A DNA stretch of 64,000 bases, taken from the NCBI RefSeq assembly GCF_011386835.1, contig NC_088792.1:178932001-178996000 (forward strand), in the 5' to 3' direction. This stretch comes from Chrysemys picta bellii (Eukaryota). The notes beneath the pieces were generated by a model that saw nothing but the letters and a program-made list of their open reading frames with translations, made no database searches and was not told the origin of the DNA. Made by a program: the position numbers and the translations under genes. Of the stretch, positions 24,797 to 37,028 are shown one piece after another; within the stretch, counting starts at the first letter, position 1, and each line of letters opens with the position of its first letter.

Positions 24797-25916
24797 CTGG
24801 AAATGGTGAGGAAATGGGTCCTGAATCTGGGGCTTCAGGAGTGATATATGCAAAACAGGGTATATTTGGAGAGAACTGCCTAAGTTGAGTTCAAAGGTGA
24901 CTGGGTTAATTTGTTAGCAAACTCAGTAGGGGCCAATTTATGAAATGGCCTGTCCATGTGTAGGTATTTAATTGAGAGCCATACCTCTGACCTACTGATA
25001 GGGTGGACCTCTCCTGTTGTAAACAGTTCACATATTGTTTGTAGCACTTCTTGGGGTACTTGAGATGAACATTTGGGTCATTTTGGGTTTGGTGTATCTG
25101 TTATATCCAGTTCAGGGTTGCTGGATTGTGGGAAGTTGCAGGTAGCTCTGGGTAAAACTGAGGGTGGAACCGATATTTTGAAGGGTAAAAAAGGGCTTTG
25201 CCCTATAGAGTCATGTTCTGCATTATTGTACATAAACTGTGTCTGAGGTAGCAGCAAGGACCAGTTGTTCTGGTGGAAGTTTATGTAGCATTGAAGATAC
25301 TGCTCCAGAATGTGGTTGGTTCTCTCTGCTTGACAGTTTGTCTGGGGGCAATAGGCAGAGGAGAGACAGAAGCAGATGCCCAAAATCTGGTGAGCTTCTT
25401 GCCAGAAGTGGGGGAGAAATTGCTCCCTGCTGTTGGAGGTGATGCACTCCAGGAGGCCATGAAAGCGGACGACTTGATCCACCCAGAGCCAGGCGGTTTC
25501 CTGGCAGGAGAGTGGGTCAATGCAGGCGATGTGAATGATCTACACCTGTCAGAAAGGTTTCAAACCCATGGGACTTGGGTAGTTCTACAACAAAATCTAG
25601 GGCAATGACTGTCCAGGGGCTAGGTGGAGTCTAGAGGGGTTGCAGAACTCCAAGAGGTTTAGTGTGCGGTATGTTGGACCAAGCACATACATTGCCAGAG
25701 GTCACATAGGCCTGCACTGTGACCTGCATGTGTCGCCAGAAGAGACAATACTCCTTCGTGGTCCCAGGAGAATGATATATATGCCCTTTCACATAGGTTG
25801 CCCCATCTCGGACATCATGGGGTTCCCTCCTTGTGGTTTCCTGCTGATCAGAAGGGATCTTGTGGGCCAAGACTGATAGTATGAGGGTGAGCAAGTCTTC
25901 TTGGGGAGCTGCACCC

Positions 25917-26495
25917 GTAGATTCATAGACTTTAAGGCCAGAAAGGGCCATCATGATCATCTAGGCCACATTGCAGGTCACAGAATCTCACCCACCCACT
26001 TCTATAATAGACCCATAGGCCCTGGCTGAGTTACTGATGTCCTCAAGTCATGATTTAAAGGCTTAAAGTAACAGAGAATCTACCATTTACTCTAGTTTAA
26101 ACCTGCAAGTGATTCATGCTCCATGTTGCAGGGAAAGGCAAACTCCCGCCAGGATCTCTGCTAATCTGATGCGGGGGAAAATTCCTTCCCAAGCCAAAAT
26201 ACGGTGATCTGTTGGACCTTGTCGGACCTGAGCATGTCGGCAAGCTCTAACAACCAGGCACCTCAGAGGGAAACTCAGAGCCCTCCCCATCTTAGTGTCC
26301 CATCTCCGGCTATTGGGAATATTTGCTATTAGGAGTCACAGATGGGCCACCAGCCATTGTAGACAGTCTCATCATACCTTCCCCTTCATAAACTTATTAA
26401 GCTTATTCTTGAAGCCAGTTAGGGGTTTTTTGGGGGGGGGGCACTACTCCCCTTGCAAGGCTTTTCCAGAACTTCACTCCTCTGATGGTTAGAAA
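25917..26495 (-). mobile_element. CR1 LINE 3' fragment inserted in Gypsy pol
   Basis: GTAGATTCATAGACTTTAAGGCCAGAAAGGG... is the reverse complement of a CR1-type 3' end. It interrupts the Gypsy integrase/RNase H region. Confidence 0.7.
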
Positions 26496-29400
26496 TCTTT
26501 GTTCTTTTCCCAGAAAGTTATGAGGCTTGAGGCTTCAGGAGGTTTTAGGGTCCTTTAAATCAGCGTAATATTCTCACTTCTGGGACAGAGCATCAACCTT
26601 GCTATTTTTGATTCCTGGATGATAAGAGGTTATGAAATCAAAGCGCAAAAACAGTAAGGCCCACTGATGTTATCGTTGGTTGAAGGCCTTGGCTTTATGC
26701 AAATATTCTGGGTCTTATGATTGATGTACACCAGGCCTCTTCTGGATAGTAGCGTCACTCTTTGAAGGTGGTCTTAATTGCCAGTTCTGTCTCCAAAATT
26801 CATAAGGTGTGAGTTTCCTAGAGTAAAAGGTGCATGGATGTAACAACTGTTGAAGGACTGTGCCTTTGGGATAGCACTGCTCCAATCACCAAGTGGGAAG
26901 GCAAGCCCTTTGGTGATGAAGGCTTGCATGGTATCTAGGTGGACCAAAATGGGAGTGGTGATAAATGCGAGTTTTAATTGCTTGAAGACCTGCTGGGCCT
27001 CAGGAGACTAGAAGAATCTGGTGTTTTTGTGGAGAAGGGCAGTGAGAGGGGTGATCCACTTCCAGAATGAACCACTGATAGAAGTTTGACAACTCCAGGA
27101 AATGTAGCGCATGAATGTTCCGTAGCATTGCCCACTTGAGGACTGCCTTTACCTTGCATGGATCCATTTCAGTACCCGCAGGGGATAGGATGATCCCCAG
27201 GAATTCTATGGTGAACTAATCAAAGGTGCATTTTACAAGTTTAGCATAGAGGCCATGTCAGGATGGAACAGACATGCATGGAGTGGTGTTTGGCATTGTC
27301 CAAAAAAAAAAGTGTCACCCAGGTAAACTACCACATGTTGGTCCGGAATGTTCCAGAATACATCATTAATAAATGTTGATGTTATGAGCGTGTTTTTCAA
27401 ACCAAAAGGCATCACAAGATAATCAAAGTTGCTATGATAAAGGCAGTTTTCATTTGTCCCCAGCTCTAACACATACTAGGTTGTATACCCCCGCCATATG
27501 TCTAGTTTTATGTATAAACTGAGCAGCAACCATGCAGTCCATTAGCTCAGGGATTAGTGGTAGTTATGTCAGTTTCTAATAGTGACCTGATTCACCACCT
27601 GATAGTTCACACATAGTTGGAGACTGCCATCTTTTTTTTTTAACAAAGAGGATTGGCGTCCCAGTGGGTAAGGTGGATTTGTGAATAAACACCTTCGCTA
27701 AGTTCTCCTGAAGCTACATGTGTGGAGTGGCTAGTTTGTGTTTGGACATGGCCTGAACAGAATGTTTGCCCCAGGTTGTAGCTCAATTGGGTAATCATAG
27801 TCCCTGTTGGGGGCATAGGGGTGGCACGTTGTCAGTGGATGGCACTGACTAGTTACCATCAAAGAGAGACTTTTTGATCATCTCTACTAGGTCTGGAATG
27901 GGCTTGAGCTGCAGAAGAATCTGTAGTGCCTGGGCACCAATAAAGTCTGCTGTACCTGAGTCAATGAGGGCCTGCTGTGGAGGGAGTGGTTGGGGATGGC
28001 TGGGATGTTGCTGGTTGACAGGAACTGACGTGTGTTCCAGTCAGGACCTCAGTTTGGGGTTCAGGGGAACACTGTCAGAACACCCAGGTTATCCCCCTTC
28101 ATGGAGCTGGTCTGACTTGTTTTCCAGGTTCTTTCAGGTTGGGTTCCTTTTGGGGCAACTGGAGATAACATGGCCTACCTCACCACAGTAGTAACACAGA
28201 TTAAGTTATCACTGGCACTTTGACTCATCAGAGGTGAGTTGCCAGCCGGTCAGGTCTAACTTTCATCAGCTCAGTTGGTGGAGTGGAATGAAATAGCAGG
28301 GGCACAGTTGTGATGTCCCTCTTCTTTCGTCCCATCACTCACATATATCATATGTTGATCCAGATAACAAGATCTATGAAGGTGTCCATAACCTTTGGGA
28401 GGGTCTCATCTTGGGCCAGTTCATCCTTGACCTCATCCCACAAACTCCATCAAAACTGAAATAACTGAGCCGCCTCATTCAGTTCCATGTCCAAAATGAG
28501 ACAGCAGAAGTGAGCAGCATAAAAAGTTGGAGGAGTTGGAGTTTCTCTTGTTTCTGCAAGGCAGCATCAGTGGAGCAGGGTTGTTGAAGATGGTTGATAT
28601 CACCTTCTGGAAGGCATCCCAACAGGGGGGAAGGCCTATTCCAACTCCTCCCCAGTCAGCAAGCAGACTAACAGACCTACCTTGCCCTGATTGGAAGAGT
28701 ATGTCTGAGGTTAAAGCAATAACAAGAAGTGGCACTGGTTCATGAAATCTTGGAATTAGGAGCAGCTCGCATCAAAGTGCCTGGTCAGAGGCAGTGTCTC
28801 AGCTGGGCCCACTCAAAGGAAATAGGTAGTGGTCCAAGAATGCTATAAGGACCAGGGCATAGGTGGTCATTCCTAATGGTTAGAGTTGGGAATCCACACT
28901 GGAGACAGAGTCAGGAGTCAGGCCAAGGGTCAAAGCTTAAGTCAGAGTCAGGGGGCAAGCCAAGGGGCAAACTAGAGTCCGAGTCTGGGATTAAACCAAG
29001 TGTTGGAGTCAGAGTTGGTAGCCAGGGGTAGGGCAAAGAAGCAGGGATCTGGAGCAAGGCAGGGAAGCAGGAACTGGGGCCAGAAAGGGATCTGGGATAA
29101 GGAGGGCAAGGAGCAGGCAGAGAAGCAGGAACCAGGAGTCAGGCAAGTAGGCAGGGTCCACAGTGCCAGCCAGTCAGGGATTCACCTAGTTGGTTGGACA
29201 GCTTCCTTTGCCTTGTTCTGGCTTAAGTACTGCATCCAAGCCAATTGCTGGACATCTCCCATAGTCAGGAGCTTTGTAGGCAGAGACATTGGTGGGGGTA
29301 GAGCTCCACTAGCCCCCTTCTCCATTGCTTGAAGTGGGCTGCTGGGTGATGGCTGCAGTCTGAGCACTGCCCAGTTTGAGGCCCACAATCCCTCACATGC

Positions 29401-29559
29401 TGCTGCATTGCTGAAAGCCAGACTGTAAGATTCCTTTTATTTTGTTCTAACCAGATTGCAATTTGTAGATTATCAAACGTAAGCATGTTACAGTACTTAT
29501 GTCCAGATGCTCATTCATTTCAAAATTGCTTATCCTGTGTACTACAGTCAACTTGCTAA

Positions 29560-31200
29560 GAGCAGATCTGTGCATGACCTGGTGCCGACAAGAACGTTGG
29601 CACTGAGCCTGCCTGCCACTCCAGCAGCAGCAGCGGACCCTCCCTCAGGGCACCTACAAACAGCCCGCAGCACCAGGAAAAGCAAAACAGAAGTCAGTGC
29701 ACACTTCTGAGCACAGATCATGCTCAGCAGGATCACAGCCCAGGGAGCAGCAGCAGCAATTCTTAAGTCAGGATGACATCTCAGTGTCCCCTCAGCCCTA
29801 CTTCATTTTCCCCCCCCTCCCGTGGGTGGCACCTAACTTCTCTTATCCCATGCCTTGGCCTCAGTGGTACCCTTGGCCAGCTCCTGCTGCCACTCATCCT
29901 CATGCTTTTTCCACCAGACCACAAGCTTCTTCTGCGCCTCTATCTCCAGTTCCGTCTACTTCTAGAGCACCTGAAACCCGCCCCTCGAAGAGGTGGGCTA
30001 TGGACCATACCCTGATTAACAGACTCCTAACTCTCCATCAGCTCCAGATGGAGCCCTCATGCCTCCACCTCCACAGAATATGGACGACTTTAAACAATTC
30101 CAAGAACTTTTCAAGAGGGTGGCACTCAGCCAGGTCATCCCTTTAAAGGACGTCCAGGAGACACAACACAGACTCCTCAAAATCCTCCAACCCTCTGTGC
30201 CCTCAAAGATCATGCTCCCCATAAATGAAGCACTCCTAGAACCAGCTAACACCCTCTGGCAGACCCCAGATAAAGTTATCCTGCGACCTCACCCTAAATT
30301 TCTCCCTAAGGTGGTGTCCACCTTCCACCTTAACCAACCAATATACTTACCTGCATTCTATCCCAAACCTCATGAAACTCCGCACGAAGTGGCTCTACAT
30401 ACCCTCAACATCAGATGAGCAATCGCCTTTTATCTAGACAGGACTAAACCATTTCGTAAGTCCCCACGGCTATTTGTCTCCACTACCAAGAGATCGAAGG
30501 GTACGGCTATCTCTAAGCAATGCCTTTCCAAGTGGATCTTTGACTGCATCAGATCCTGTTACCACATTCAGAATGCCCAACCACCCAAAGGCATCAGAAC
30601 TCATTCTACTCAAGCTAAGTCAACATACGTTGCCTTCCTCCATAACGTACCTATTCCTGGTATCTGTAAGGCGGCCACATGGATATCTGAACACACATTT
30701 ACCAAACATTATGCTATCACTCAGGATACCATGGCAGACACCATAGTAGGCCACACAGTACTGTCTACAGTCGTCACTGCCGCAACTCCAAAGTCCCACC
30801 AGCCATAGTGGGTACTGCTTCACATTCACCTGGAGTGGAGCACCCACAGGGACAGCACTCGAAGAAGAAGAGAAGATTACTCACCTTGCAGTAACTGAGG
30901 TTCTTCTAGATGTGTCCCCCTGTGGGTGCTCCACTCCCCGCCCTCCTCCCCTGTACTTTGGAATACTATTCTGACTTCTCCACGGTAGAGAAGGAACTGA
31001 GGGAGGTGCGGGATGCATGCGCTCAGGCAGACTCTAATGAGACCGCAAGACAGCAGTTGAGCGCGTGCGTCCCGAACAGGTACTGCTACCGAAGATCTCT
31101 GATCAACTGTGCCAGGACGCACCGTCACTTGGCGTGGAGCACCCACAGGGACACACATCTCAAAGAACCTCAGTTACTGAAAGGTTAGTAACCTTCTCTT
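29560..31200 (+). mobile_element. Internally deleted DIRS1-like tyrosine-recombinase retrotransposon (gag-like piece, YR C-terminus, 3' ICR/ITR)
   Basis: YR motifs GIRTHSTQA, KAATW and HTFTKHY (30590-30712). Terminal 70-bp inverted pair 30868-30937 / 31131-31200. RT/RNase H are absent. Left boundary approximate. Confidence 0.85.
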
Positions 31201-31342
31201 CGGCTTTGGCCACCCTCTTGGCTTTGACCCCCATCCTCAGCCTGGGCAGCAGGGCTTGGGCTTCAATCCCCCTTCCCAGGATTATCTAGTAATTTTTGTT
31301 GTCAGAAGGGGGTCATGGTGAAATGACGTTTGTGAAACCCTG
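31201..31342. mobile_element. hAT-like terminal fragment
   Basis: Ends GGGGGTCATGGTGAAATGACGTTTGTGAAACCCTG, like the hAT TIR ends elsewhere in the window. The partner end was not identified. Confidence 0.4.
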
Positions 31343-33329
31343 GCATAGAGCAAGCATTCAGCTGCTGTATGTATCCCTCTATGGTTGCTATGTGTTGCTC
31401 GGGGGAATGCAGCCCTTCCCATGGACCCTGCTGTCTCATGCTGGTCAGGTTTAATCACTGCCTGATCAATCTGCATTCCCCCCTTCCATCACAAACACCC
31501 CAATATTCATTTGTGGGGGTGAGTTAAGTGAAACTTGTGGAGTTGTCTGTCTCCTCAGGCCCTCTCCTGCATGTTCCTTCATGGGAGCGAATGATCTGAT
31601 CCTATGATTATGATGATGAAGAGAACATTGAATTCAAAATAACTTCTGCCTGCATAAGGACTGCAGGATTTGGTTTATTAGCATGGTGCACACCATGTGA
31701 ACTTCCCCAGAATCTTTCCATGCTAATGAGTTTATCAGATACACATCTCTTCAGCCTCAGTTCATGAAAATAATAGTGCACTACACTGACACATATCACT
31801 GTAGCCTGGACGCCTCTCAGACAGAATATCTACTCTCCTAGGACATCTTGGGTTACTGAGATCTGCCCTGCTGTCACAGGCAACCCTGTCATATAATCCC
31901 ATTCATTGCCCTACAGTCTTCACAACTTAGTGGCTTTAAACTTTTATATTTTTCCTTTATTCTGAATGTATCCCTCAGGAAACAACTCCCTGTAATAATC
32001 ACCTTGCCTACACTTTCTTCAGTCACACATTACATTCTCTCTCCCACTTCCTTTTGGGTTAATATTAGTGTTTGTCAGCAGCAGAATTTTTTCAGCCTGT
32101 GAGTCATTACAGTCGCAGTTATGCTCACAATAGAGAGTTCAGAGTGGGGGGGGGGGATTATATCTGATTGCTAGAAAACCATAAGGCTACTCTTGTCTTG
32201 TAAATGCCAAGTGTTCAATTATTTTAATTTTCTTGCCTTTGGAAAAAAAATCAAATGTGATGTAGTAGGTTATTTAAACTTAACATTTAGAAGCCTGGAC
32301 TCAGATTTTTCCAAGTATACACATTTTTATCAAGTATCTCTCTAACATAGGTTTAAAAAAAAGTCTGTCACAAATGAAGTGAGTTTGCTGGTTTCCTCTA
32401 GTCCTAGGGATACATTTGTGCACATTACAAAACCGTTGCATTGATTATCATGATTAGAAATCTGTGCTGAGAAAAGGTCCAGTACTTCCATAATAAGTAT
32501 TTTGCTGGTTGCATTGATAGAGCTGTGAGGATAAGTTTGCCTACTGCCTTCCTGCACTATTATGGCTCTGTCATTTTATCACGGGGGTGCCCTCTGAAAC
32601 CAACATCCTTGACAACACACAAATTCAGAGTATTTCCCTCATTAGCACAACAGCTGTGCAAATCTTTTGTTATGAGTTTCCAGATCACACAAAATCACTG
32701 CGTTTTGGGTTCACACACAAACTAGAACCAGTCCTTTTACAGTTAAACATATTTCTAGGCCTGCAAGCCTTTCAGCTGAGCTAGAGAGAACTTTCCCCCC
32801 CTCTCAGTGCAGAGAGGTATATCTCACTAAACTGAGGGCCAGATCTTGGCCCATGCTATAGCTCAGGGTCCTAAAGCTGCCTAACAGGGCAGATGAGGAT
32901 TCTCCTAGAATGATAGGTGCCATAGAACAATCTAGATAGATAGATGTATTAGCTATAGATAGGTACCATTATCTTCCTTGCTGCTGCCCAACTCCAAATC
33001 GGACAGTTCTTTTTCCAGTTGTCACAAGTTTTGCATTGCAATTTAAAGTCAACTTCAAAACCCCAAGAGGGACTAAGCTATCATGAAAGGTGCTCGATGC
33101 CAATGCACTGGTCAACAGAGGTGATGATGAGTCAAGTAACTATACTTCTTGTCACTCAATATAGATAAGGACAATGAAGTTAGTGAAAGTCATGAGAAGG
33201 AGGAGGAGGAAGACATATTAAAATCTGATGAGGAGGTGTTAATATATTACTCTTAAGCAGGAATGGGGCAGAGTTTGCCATGTTTTCCTTCTCGCCCATG
33301 TACATTCAGAGTTGTGCTGCAGATGAGGA

Positions 33330-33790
33330 ATACAGGAATTGCTGTACCAGACCTGGCTAGTGATCCAGCTAGTACAAGATCTTGTCTCCGACTGTGGCCA
33401 GTATCAGATACTTGAGATGAATGTGTAAGAAACCATGAAATGGAAAATTATGCAATAACCTGCCCTTTGGGGAAGTTAACTTCTAACTGATGGGAGTTAG
33501 AAAGTAGCTTATGCCCTGTAGCATCCATAGTGAGTGACAAGAAGTATTGTCACTTGAATCATCATCTCTGTTGACGAGTGCATTGGCATTGAGTTCCTTT
33601 CCTGATAGCTTAGTCCCTCATGGGATTTTAAAGTTCATTTTATTCCCCTCCTGAAAATGTTATGCTATCCAGTGTAACAATGGAGCTTCTCATTATCCAA
33701 ATAAATGTCTAATCCTTTTCTGAATCCCAAGTACTGAGCATCAGTGATATTTTGTAGCATTGAGTTTCAGAGGTTATACCTGCTTCCTTG
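33330..33790 (-). mobile_element. Old CR1 3' fragment
   Basis: GATCCAGCTAGTACAAGATCTTGTCTCCGACTGTGGCCAGT resembles a reverse CR1 3' UTR. Degraded; boundaries approximate. Confidence 0.45.
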
Positions 33791-34590
33791 AACAGAATTT
33801 CTGTGGATATAGGAAGAGTAGGCCTGACCATGTTTCCTGACCTTCCTCCCACCTTAAAGTGCAGGAAGAGGAGCGGTGAAAATGTACAGTCTACCAGTCA
33901 CCCCTTTCTCCTCTCACAGATCAGAAGCAACAAGAGGGTCCCAAGACTTGTTGGAAGGAGTGGGGTCCTGACTTAGGTTCTGGGGACAAAACCAGGTGAA
34001 ACTCAACAGCATTTGCTAAGTTTCCCTTTCGTTCCCTGGCTTCATTTGAACCTCAAACTTTGTGAAGATTCCCCAAGGGGAACCAATCAAAAATGTATGT
34101 TACAACATCTCTACTAAATATGTAAGTCCATTTCAAAAACAGAAGTAGCCTAATATTTTGAAAAGACATACAGTGGAAAAAATATTCAGTTTCTAATGTA
34201 CATGGATTTGAACATTGAAGTTATCAGGAGATGAAATAGTGCCATTTGAGTTGAGATTTTTATTCAAGCTTTGACTGAGCAGTTTTGCTACAGTGCACTG
34301 CTATTTGGAGGAAAAATCTGAAACTGCATCAGACAACCACTCTATTTCGTTCTAGAAAATAACTAGCAATTATAATTACTCACAATGTTTTCCGGCTCAG
34401 AATAAAAGTGGCATTGCACAGAACCATACTGAACATTCATCGTGATTAGAAAATACTCCACACCTTGAAGAGCAGTGAAGCCATAAGAATAATTTTAAAT
34501 GCAAATTAAATTGAGGGGGTAGGAAAGAGAACAGAGAAAAGACAGTAAAACAAAGCCTTTCAATTTCCTCAAATTAGCAGGCTAATGTAA

Positions 34591-34790
34591 TATAAAAAGC
34601 AGTTCCACTCAGATCTGTACTAAGGCGTTTCATTTCATCATAATATAAAACAGCAGATCCATCACCTTTCTCTACTCTGTACTCTTGATTTCGAGGTTGA
34701 AGTGACAATTTGAAGCTGTTCGCTCTGGCTCACCAACTGGTTACATTGCTTAGTCTTATTTCAAGCCAGTAGGATTGATCAGTAATATTG
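34591..34790 (+). promoter_or_regulatory. PHACTR1: Candidate PHACTR1 promoter and first non-coding exon
   Basis: TATAAAA at 34591-34597 and 34644-34650. Consensus donor TTG|GTAAGT at 34790/34791, ~2.1 kb upstream of the ATG exon. The surrounding DNA looks repeat-free. Inferred; no transcript data. Confidence 0.45.
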
Positions 34791-35371
34791 GTAAGTACCT
34801 ATCTGCTAACCTGAGCTTTTATTTTTATTTTTAATTCTTTTATATAGGTGCCTTTGCTCTTTAGCAATATACATCTATTGGGAAAAGCTTCATCATGTAT
34901 TTTGCACAAAGCTACATACTATATAGAAATGTGATGATTCCTAGAGACTATTATATGCATATATTCCACAGTGAGTTAATACAAAAAGTAGGAATATCAC
35001 AGTGTGAGAGGCTTCTGGATAACCTGTGGCTTTTATGGCATCCTTGGAACATTTAATGAATTTCGTGCCTTTCTGAACTGTGCAAAACAGCCTTACCCAA
35101 CACACAGCACCAGATAAAAATAGGAGTGATCTCTGAACAGTCTCATTATGACATTATTATTCATCTTACATTTACTGTAAAATACTTCATAGTCTCATTA
35201 TTCTTGTGGTAAATAGTGAAAGGAGGTCCAGGTCAGTAAAAGTAAATTATTAGACAAAACAAAATGCTTCAATTAATCATTACAACACAATTCAGGTTTT
35301 CTGAGCTTCTGAAAGGGAAAGTGATCAAGATAAGAGCAAAAACCGAATTAATGAAGGAACTTGATATAGGA

Positions 35372-35395
35372 TTGTTGTTGTTGTTGTTGTTGTTG
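35372..35395. repeat. (TTG)8 microsatellite
   Basis: Read directly from the sequence. Confidence 0.9.
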
Positions 35396-35760
35396 TTTTT
35401 TCTTTTTTTCCTTGGGAAAGTTTTATCAGGGGTTTATTCCTTCAGTGTTGAGGGTGTGGGGGAGTTGATAGTAGTGTCACCTTCTGTTGCTAAGTAACCA
35501 CATCTCCTGGCCATTTTTATCAGATAAAGGAAGTCCAGTTGACGTTATGCATTATTCATCAGAGTTCCAATCAAATAATCAAAATTATTTGCTTACACTG
35601 GGGATATTTTAGTAAGATCAAGGAAGCCCACCCTGAAACTACAGGAGCTTCCACCACTGGCAGGCAGCTCTTGTTATTTGCAGTAAGTATCAATTGTTGT
35701 TCAGAATACTCCAATGAAGGGATATGTTGAAGAATTTTAGAAGTTTTCTCATTAGTATAG

Positions 35761-35838
35761 GTTTGTAAATTGAAAATGATTTCACATGTTGTTCCAAACA
35801 AATAGATTTATACTTGGGAATTCAAGACATTGCTTGAG
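35761..35838 (+). other. PHACTR1: Candidate 78-nt 5'-UTR exon
   Basis: Acceptor TTCTCATTAGTATAG| and donor GAG|GTGAGG, lying between the candidate first exon and the ATG exon. Splice signals are the only evidence. Confidence 0.3.
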
Positions 35839-36436
35839 GTGAGGATCATTCTTTCACAGCACCCTAAAAGAAATGCTCTGAAAGAGGAAGGACTATTAAT
35901 CTCTTTTTTTTTAAAAAATGAAGGTTATTTGTGATATTTATATAGCTGCTTATACATCTATGCATACATGCTGGGAAAGATGCAAAGAAATGCCAGTGTA
36001 TATCTTTTCTGTAACTGCTGGACTTTAAATATACAATATATATAATTGCTGTGTGAAGTGAAAGAAAATGCAGGAGGCAACAGGGAGGTAGGGAAAGGTT
36101 CATGATAATTGACATGTCAATGTGTGTCACACAAGAAACACCGTATGTCAGAGGAGAGGTTAACTCATAGACTACATACCATAAATGGGTTCAAGGAAAT
36201 ACTGCAATGAATGGGTCAGCCAAGAATCAATGCTAAGAGTGCTTGACAATACCTGTTATCAAACATGTTAAAAGCTGATGGTGTGAAGTTCTGCTGCTCC
36301 TTTAAGTCAATGTAAAGAAGGCGGCCAGGGGGAAGAGTTCGTTTTCTCACCTTTTTGTGGAATGGCATAACTACTGAAGTGCAATCTAGTTCTGTCTGGT
36401 CTGGTGAAATGTTTGTGTTTTTAACATAAATATTAT

Positions 36437-36557
36437 CATCATTTGTTTTACTGTAGTGCCTAATGGCCCTAATCAGGTTGGGATCTTGTTGCACTAGGCA
36501 TTGTACAGACATAAAGTAAAAGACGACCCCTGCCCCAAAGTTCTTACAATCTTACCT
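36437..36557 (-). mobile_element. MIR/L2-tail SINE 3' fragment
   Basis: GCACTAGGCATTGTACAGACA...CCCTGCCCCAAAG...TTACAATCTTA is the reverse complement of the family at 9700-9845. Confidence 0.6.
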
Positions 36558-36901
36558 TAAGACAGGATGCCTCAGGTGGGTAAAACAAGTGTATGTTGTG
36601 GCGGGATGGAGGCTGTGGACGGGCTATCACTGATAATTCTAGGAATCTTGTTTGTGTTTGGTATTTCTATTTTCCTCATATTTTCTTCAGCTGGGAATAT
36701 GAAAAATTATTCTTTGAAACTAAAATCTGTGGTTTAAAAATATTCTATGCATGATGGTTTTAAATGCTTTTCCCCAGATCCACTCTGATATGCCAGATTG
36801 AGATGTTTTTTAAATACTGCATACAGAATTCTTTACTCAGAAAAAATCTGTGATTTTTATTTATATTTGTATGTTTGATCTTTAGTTGTTTTTCCCCCCA
36901 G

Positions 36902-36964
36902 GAATTTGACTGATCACATCGGTTTGAAAAGAAAGGTGTATTGGCAACAAAAAGTTCCTCCAAG
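36902..36964 (+). other. PHACTR1: 5'-UTR part of the PHACTR1 ATG-containing exon
   Basis: Acceptor TTGTTTTTCCCCCCAG ends at 36901. An in-frame TGA at 36911-36913 lies upstream of the ATG, and there is no upstream ATG in this segment. Confidence 0.75.
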
Positions 36965-37028
36965 ATGGACTATTTTTTGGATGTTGAGTCTGCTCACAGA
37001 CTGATGTTATACAGTCAAGGAGCTCAAG
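36965..37028 (+). CDS. PHACTR1: Phosphatase and actin regulator 1, first coding exon ([21 protein letters not shown] + 1 nt)
   Basis: Kozak AAGATGG. The peptide matches the recalled mammalian PHACTR1 N-terminus ([12 protein letters not shown]...YSQGAQ). Donor CAAG|GTAAAA is phase 1 and joins in frame to the exon at 50965. Confidence 0.92.

Larger units (their letters stand above)
24097..29397 (-). mobile_element. Decayed Ty3/Gypsy chromovirus (Sushi-like) with two LTRs
   Basis: LTRs at ~24097-24415 and ~28844-29397 share GGTGGTCAT.CCTAATGGTTAG and CAGGGATTCACCTAGTTG. Domains on the - strand: gag CCHC knuckle CYYCGEVGHVISSCP (~28150-28197), RT YLVMPFGL...VYLGD (27233-27472), integrase core (25078-25482), chromodomain YLVDWKDYGPEKNSW (~24520-24565). 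Confidence 0.9.

Noticed and set aside
28820-28843. tRNA primer-binding site of the Gypsy element
   Set aside because: No TGG-initiated tRNA complement is visible. Sushi/Tf1-type elements can self-prime, but I could not confirm a complementary segment by eye.
29560-31342. DIRS inserted within an hAT with TSD GCTAAGAG/GCATAGAG
   Set aside because: The flanks match at only 6/8 and the left end (CAGATCTGTG) does not resemble the right TIR.
35296-35495. Additional PHACTR1 exon from ORF 35264-35497
   Set aside because: The acceptor is weak, there is no convincing donor, and the Leu run comes from a (TTG)n microsatellite.
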